A stretch of 11,191 nucleotides of DNA from Candidatus Thorarchaeota archaeon (GTDB taxonomy: Archaea > Asgardarchaeota > Thorarchaeia > Thorarchaeales > Thorarchaeaceae), in assembly GCA_004524445.1 (NCBI GenBank), contig SDNP01000055.1, forward strand, positions 1-11,191, written 5' to 3'. A program made the position numbers and the translations under genes. The notes below the pieces were generated by a model that saw nothing but the letters and a program-made list of their open reading frames with translations, was not told the DNA's origin and made no database searches. Below, one piece after another: positions 7,342 to 11,191 of the stretch (positions within the stretch are counted from its first letter, which is position 1; each line of letters starts with the position of its first letter).

Positions 7342-7647
7342 GTGACTTTCTCATTTGTCGTATTCTATAGCTTAATGAAAATGACAGCTGAAAAAGCTGA
7401 CAAGGCAAAGGAATTCTGGCAAGAGTTTTCTCAGAAAGATTGGCCGGAGGATCTTCATATTGTGGGAGATTACAGGTTTGCCTGGGGGACAGAATGGAAC
7501 GGTTTCCTCTTTTTAGAAACAGATACTCCCCAATTATTCTTCGATTTTTGGCCTCGATTCCGAGAAAAGACACGTTGGTACATAGATAACACTAGGACAG
7601 TTATCGGAATTAAAAGAAGCCCAACTGAATGGCTTCAGGATGCTTGA
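7342..7647 (+). CDS. Small hypothetical protein, probable ferredoxin-like/dimeric alpha-beta barrel fold (101 aa)
   Basis: Start reassigned to the in-frame GTG at 7342. It has GAGGT (7330-7334) 7 nt upstream, the same geometry as the 5705 gene, and removes the overlap with the nuclease gene. The beta-alpha-beta-beta-alpha-beta pattern (FVVFYSL / helix / LHIVGDY / GFLFLET / helix / TRTVIG) is read by eye. Confidence 0.75.
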   Translation: MTFSFVVFYSLMKMTAEKADKAKEFWQEFSQKDWPEDLHIVGDYRFAWGTEWNGFLFLETDTPQLFFDFWPRFREKTRWYIDNTRTVIGIKRSPTEWLQDA

Positions 7648-7654
7648 ATTCCTA

Positions 7655-7696
7655 AGAAAGAAAAAGAAACTGCTGGGAAGGCCACCGAGACGGCCT
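7655..7696 (-). terminator. Putative terminator of the 7706..8467 gene
   Basis: On the minus strand, just after the stop: hairpin AGGCC-GTCTCGGT-GGCCT (7696-7679), then the U-rich tract TTTCTTTTTCTTTCTT. Confidence 0.55.
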
Positions 7697-7705
7697 GTTC
7701 ATTTG

Positions 7706-8467
7706 TTACCCAACAGCAGAATCTTCCATCATAGTTACAATCCAGTCGAGGTCAGCCTCTCTAATGCCATCGCCCGATTTGTAAATCAATAGAGATCCTT
7801 TTTCCGTATTTACACTGGTTGTCAAGAAAGCGCCGCTTGGATATGGAAATGTGCCCCGAAATCGGCTGATAGAGCCCTTGTATCTCCGAGTATACATTAG
7901 GATATCGTCTTCTGTTTGGATTCCCTCTCCTATGAATTGCGCTTTCTTGAGATTTCCAACATCCTTCTCGATTCCAGTCAACATCACTGATGCGATGTCC
8001 GCGGCTGAATCATACAGCTTCTTTGCACCGCCATCCAAATTCAGAGGTGATATTGTCGCTCCACTAGCTTCTTCAATGTCCCTTACAACTTTATTCGCAA
8101 TTCGTTGTGAACCACGAACTTCAATTGTTCCCCGATCCAGTTTCACAATGACTTCTGCTTTGTCCATACTGACATAATGCTCTGGCGTTAAGTCTCCATT
8201 CTCATCGTAAGTCAAAATTGGGACTCGAAAACCGGCTACGTATTCGCCAACAACTGTTTCTCCACTTGCTCTTGCAGAGGCAAATCCCGAGGTGACATCT
8301 TTATCGTCTTTGGGCTCATAAGGCATTTCACGCAGTGCCTTCGACAGCTGCGACCTAGACATTCCCAGTCCTTCATACTTATACAATTTGACAGCCATCG
8401 CCATGCCTCGTGTTCGAAGGAGTTTGGAGTTTTGGGCTGCACTTTTTGATATTCTCTTTTTGCTCAC
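7706..8467 (-). CDS. Hypothetical protein, probable RdgC-like fold, with a basic N-terminal tail (253 aa)
   Basis: Clean ORF with a GTG start (alternative ATGs at aa 22 and 24). Segments VKLYKY...[12 protein letters not shown]...TSGF and [47 protein letters not shown] resemble RdgC as I remember it. The CDS itself is secure; the fold call is tentative. Confidence 0.8.
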   Translation of the reverse strand: [253 protein letters not shown]

Positions 8468-8550
8468 GGTTACTCATCTCTCGGTGGTTTTCAAGGCTAA
8501 GGATACCGTATGTAACTAGCCTTTACTTCCACTGGAAAGGGTGCTTTATC

Positions 8551-8559
8551 TTAATATAA
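8551..8559 (-). promoter_or_regulatory. Putative TATA box for the 7706..8467 gene
   Basis: The minus strand reads TTATATTAA, the best TATA-like element in the 256-nt intergenic region. It implies a leader of about 55-60 nt. Confidence 0.4.
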
Positions 8560-8723
8560 GTAGTACATCAAATCCACGCATTAGTATCATACGCATCTGC
8601 GTATTACATGGGTATACACAGCGATAACAATTCACAATCATCATTATTCAAGAATCGTCCGAATGATTTCCATTTCGCGCCAAATAGAGATTTTCTCCTT
8701 GAAAGGAACAAACAAATCCGAAA

Positions 8724-9185
8724 TTAACATTGGTTCTCTTTGATAAGATTCAGTATAAGTTTGTGAGCGCGTGGAGCATCAGTTACGAAAGGCTTCAGGT
8801 TCGTATTCTTGACAAATTCGATACACTTCACCAGCTCGCTCAGATTCCGACACCAAACTAGATGCCCTCGACACTCTAATTCCCTAATGAGTTGTTTTTG
8901 ATGCCCTTCCATGACCGATTCATTCTCGACCACGACAAGCTTGAGTCCCCGGGTTGTGCATTCAATCGTGGTTCCAGCACCACCCGCACTAACAATTACA
9001 TCTGCGGTTTCATAGGCCCGATTGAGATCCTTTAGGAGGCGAACGTATTTGAAGTTCGTGGGAATGTATCTCCCGGTGCCGATCTGGGCAAGTATTGATT
9101 CGGTGATTGCTCCAGACTCAACTAGGTTGTCCATTTTTCTGATTAGTGCATCAAAATGAGATGTGCCAACTGTCAGAAAGATCAT
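8724..9185 (-). CDS. alg13: Alg13-like UDP-GlcNAc transferase subunit (GT28 C-terminal; PssE/Cps14G-related)
   Basis: Motifs IFLTVGTSHFDALI, AQIGTG, ADVIVSAGGAGT, VVVENESVMEGHQ and LECRGHL. ATGA overlap (9182-9185) with the upstream Alg14-like gene. Confidence 0.88.
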   Translation of the reverse strand: MIFLTVGTSHFDALIRKMDNLVESGAITESILAQIGTGRYIPTNFKYVRLLKDLNRAYETADVIVSAGGAGTTIECTTRGLKLVVVENESVMEGHQKQLIRELECRGHLVWCRNLSELVKCIEFVKNTNLKPFVTDAPRAHKLILNLIKENQC

Positions 9186-9664
9186 AGCAATTGACCTCCG
9201 TAAATAACCCCCGGCAACTTATCCGCAAGAGACTTCCATTGTACCAAGAAGAGCGTAGTTTTTCCCAGCAGGATTTCTCCTGTTTTTGACAAGGACTTCA
9301 CCCGAGACATGCTCTCGATGAACACAGTCTTGATACCCACAGCCCGCGCGGCATAAAAAACTGGAACAGTCATCCCAGTTCCGCAACTGATTACCACACA
9401 AGGTCTGAAGATAAGTAGATAAAAAACCGAAAGGAGAAGTGTTGCAAGGGTTCGTATCGCCGACATTATCCGAGAATCTTCAGGTCGAAGCCTAGGGGTT
9501 AAGACCCGAAGCAGAGTGCCTTCTTGGGCGATTTTGGTTGGTGTAAGCCTGTCCATGAGTCCGACCATGTAGATGTAATGAAATTGTGGTCCGAGAAGAT
9601 CCACAAGTGAGAAAGTCTGGGCCGTGTGACCGCCTCTGCCCAAAACCACACCGATTCGATTCAT
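9182..9664 (-). CDS. alg14: Alg14-like oligosaccharide biosynthesis subunit (PssD/Cps14F-related)
   Basis: Motifs VVLGRGGHT, RPCVVISCGTG..VP, VFIESMSRVKSLSKTG, FLVQW and YGGQLL. The start is either the ATG at 9664 or the ATG at 9682. Confidence 0.88.
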   Translation of the reverse strand: MNRIGVVLGRGGHTAQTFSLVDLLGPQFHYIYMVGLMDRLTPTKIAQEGTLLRVLTPRLRPEDSRIMSAIRTLATLLLSVFYLLIFRPCVVISCGTGMTVPVFYAARAVGIKTVFIESMSRVKSLSKTGEILLGKTTLFLVQWKSLADKLPGVIYGGQLL

Positions 9665-9782
9665 GGTAGGTCCCGAAGTCATTCAAGCTATATCCTGTTC
9701 ATAAGTTGTTCTCTTTTGCCAGCGATATTCTATCTCTGAGATCTTCCGACAGGTTGCCTCCATCGCTGGTTTTCACCAAGCG

Positions 9783-9796
9783 TTTAATACTTATAC
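9783..9796 (+). promoter_or_regulatory. Putative TATA region for the FAD oxidoreductase gene
   Basis: TTTAATACTTATAC lies about 33-46 nt upstream of the ATG at 9829. There is a GAGG at 9818-9821. Confidence 0.35.
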
Positions 9797-9828
9797 TCAA
9801 ACAAATTCCCACAGCAAGAGGCATTTTC

Positions 9829-11191
9829 ATGACAATCGTCAAGTCTTCGGAGAATCATCCGCTCTACAAGTCCATCTCTGCCGTAGTTGGTACTGATAGA
9901 GTCAGCGATAATCAAGTAATCATTTCATCCTACAGCAAAGATGCTTGCCACCTAACAGCAGAAAGACCCGGCATGGTTGTTATGCCGAAAACAGTTGATG
10001 AAATTCAAGAGATAGTAGACATATGCCGGGAGAACAAAGTGCCACTTGTACCTGCAGGTGGTAGAAGCGGGATCTGCGGTGCGTGTCTACCAAGAGTAGA
10101 GCATGCTGTTATGCTTGACTTGGTAAATATGGACGACATTATTTCGATTGATGAAGATGTCATGACAGTCACAGTAGAAGCGGGCTTAAGATGGGCTGAG
10201 CTTATCCACAAACTTGATGAGAAGGGATTCAAGCTTGGATTCAGAGGACCCTACGGAGGAAATGCTGGAACAGTTGGAGGGTCAGTTAGTATTAACTCGA
10301 TTGGCTATGCAGCCTCGAAATTTGGACCATCTCCAGAGGGGGTCGTTTCCCTTGAGGTTGTACTAGCTGACGGCAAAATAATCACAACTGGTACTGGATG
10401 GAATGAAACTGCAAGAATATTTGGCAGATACTCGTCCTATAACGACCTGACAGGAGTTTTTCTCGGAGATCATGGTACGCTTGGTATTAAGACAAAAGTC
10501 ACTCTCAAAATCTATCCCAAAGCTGAGTACCTCACTTTCGGAGACTTTGGATTCAAAAGCTTAGAAGATGCTACTGCTGCCTTTCTAGAGGTGCAAAAGA
10601 GAGGACTTACAGAAGAACTCAATCTACTCGCGGATAGGCAATCAACTGATACCTTCTTTCCCGGATTTCTCGACAAGCATCCCGAGATACTTGCAATGTT
10701 CGCTTCAGTGGTCCAGGAAACAGATGAACAGCTAGCAAATAGAAAAATGGAGATTATCAAGGATATCGCCCTTGAGTATGGCGGAAAAGATCTTGGAAAC
10801 TTTGCGTCACAAATGCACTGGGGCGAGATGTTCAATCTTGTTCAACCACTCTACAACAACGGTTTTTGGTTGAATACGTGTCATCTTAGGCCCATTACTA
10901 GAATTCCAGACTTAATGGAGAAAGCATGGGACATCTTCGAGAAATACAACCTGCTTGACAATGGTATCAAGTGGATTGCCAGCTGTCTGGGAGCTGATAG
11001 GGCTTATGCCACAGGGTGGGTAACATTATTCGCTCCAAACAAGGAGCAGATGGAACTTGGAGTAAAGGCATGGAATGAATTGCTTGATGCTGTTATCCAA
11101 ACAGGCGGCTGTCCATATTGGAATGGATTGCTATGGGAAAACAGGGCATTGAAGAAAACGAATGAGGAGTTCCTCAATACCTATTGGAAGA
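9829..11191 (+). CDS. FAD-binding oxidoreductase (FAD_binding_4, VAO/PCMH/GlcD superfamily), 3'-truncated
   Basis: Not in the ORF track; translated by hand: MTIVKSSENHPLY...PGMVVMPKTVDEIQEIV...VPLVPAGGRSG...LDLVNMDDIISID...VTVEAG...GTVGG...LEVVLADG...DLTGVFLGDHGTLGIKTKVTLKIYP. The frame stays open for 454 codons to the edge. Confidence 0.93.
   Translation, partial: MTIVKSSENHPLYKSISAVVGTDRVSDNQVIISSYSKDACHLTAERPGMVVMPKTVDEIQEIVDICRENKVPLVPAGGRSGICGACLPRVEHAVMLDLVNMDDIISIDEDVMTVTVEAGLRWAELIHKLDEKGFKLGFRGPYGGNAGTVGGSVSINSIGYAASKFGPSPEGVVSLEVVLADGKIITTGTGWNETARIFGRYSSYNDLTGVFLGDHGTLGIKTKVTLKIYPKAEYLTFGDFGFKSLEDATAAFLEVQKRGLTEELNLLADRQSTDTFFPGFLDKHPEILAMFASVVQETDEQLANRKMEIIKDIALEYGGKDLGNFASQMHWGEMFNLVQPLYNNGFWLNTCHLRPITRIPDLMEKAWDIFEKYNLLDNGIKWIASCLGADRAYATGWVTLFAPNKEQMELGVKAWNELLDAVIQTGGCPYWNGLLWENRALKKTNEEFLNTYWK

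Noticed and set aside
6861-7573. ORFs 6861..7121, 7053..7262, 7137..7370 and 7262..7573, and the 7183-7341 extension of the small protein
   Set aside because: All overlap better-supported genes. The GTG at 7342 has a good RBS.
8637-8675. Minus-strand 9-codon ORF (MEIIRTILE) and an adjacent ATGATGA C-box-like motif
   Set aside because: The ORF is too short to support, and there is no CTGA D box at a suitable distance.
7851-10835. Remaining alternative-frame ORFs (7851..8177, 8236..8442, 9219..9401, 9492..9686, 10005..10232, 10512..10835)
   Set aside because: They lie within or almost wholly overlap confidently assigned genes.
1-11191. Selenocysteine or pyrrolysine readthrough, frameshifts, mobile elements, tRNA/rRNA
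   Set aside because: The recognisable proteins end where their families normally end. I saw no transposase, integrase, terminal repeats or structured RNA gene by eye. A covariance-model search was not possible.

Overview
Gene-dense archaeal window, probably from an Asgard archaeon (Thorarchaeia-like; inferred from longin-domain proteins and eukaryote-like split Alg13/Alg14, not from a marker gene). I support 12 CDSs, two truncated by the window edges and absent from the ORF track. In order: two tandem paralogous longin + winged-helix proteins, a DUF2797 protein, an AmmeMemoRadiSam radical SAM enzyme, a helical hypothetical protein, a long coiled-coil protein with a C-terminal winged helix, a transglutaminase-like protein, a PD-(D/E)XK nuclease-like protein, a small alpha/beta protein, an RdgC-like protein, an Alg13/Alg14-like pair and a FAD-linked oxidoreductase. 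I saw no rRNA, tRNA, CRISPR array or mobile element. The best candidate for an undescribed system is the tandem longin-winged-helix pair, whose architecture and motifs resemble the eukaryotic GATOR1 subunits NPRL2/NPRL3. All homology calls come from motif recognition and remembered sequences, not from searches.
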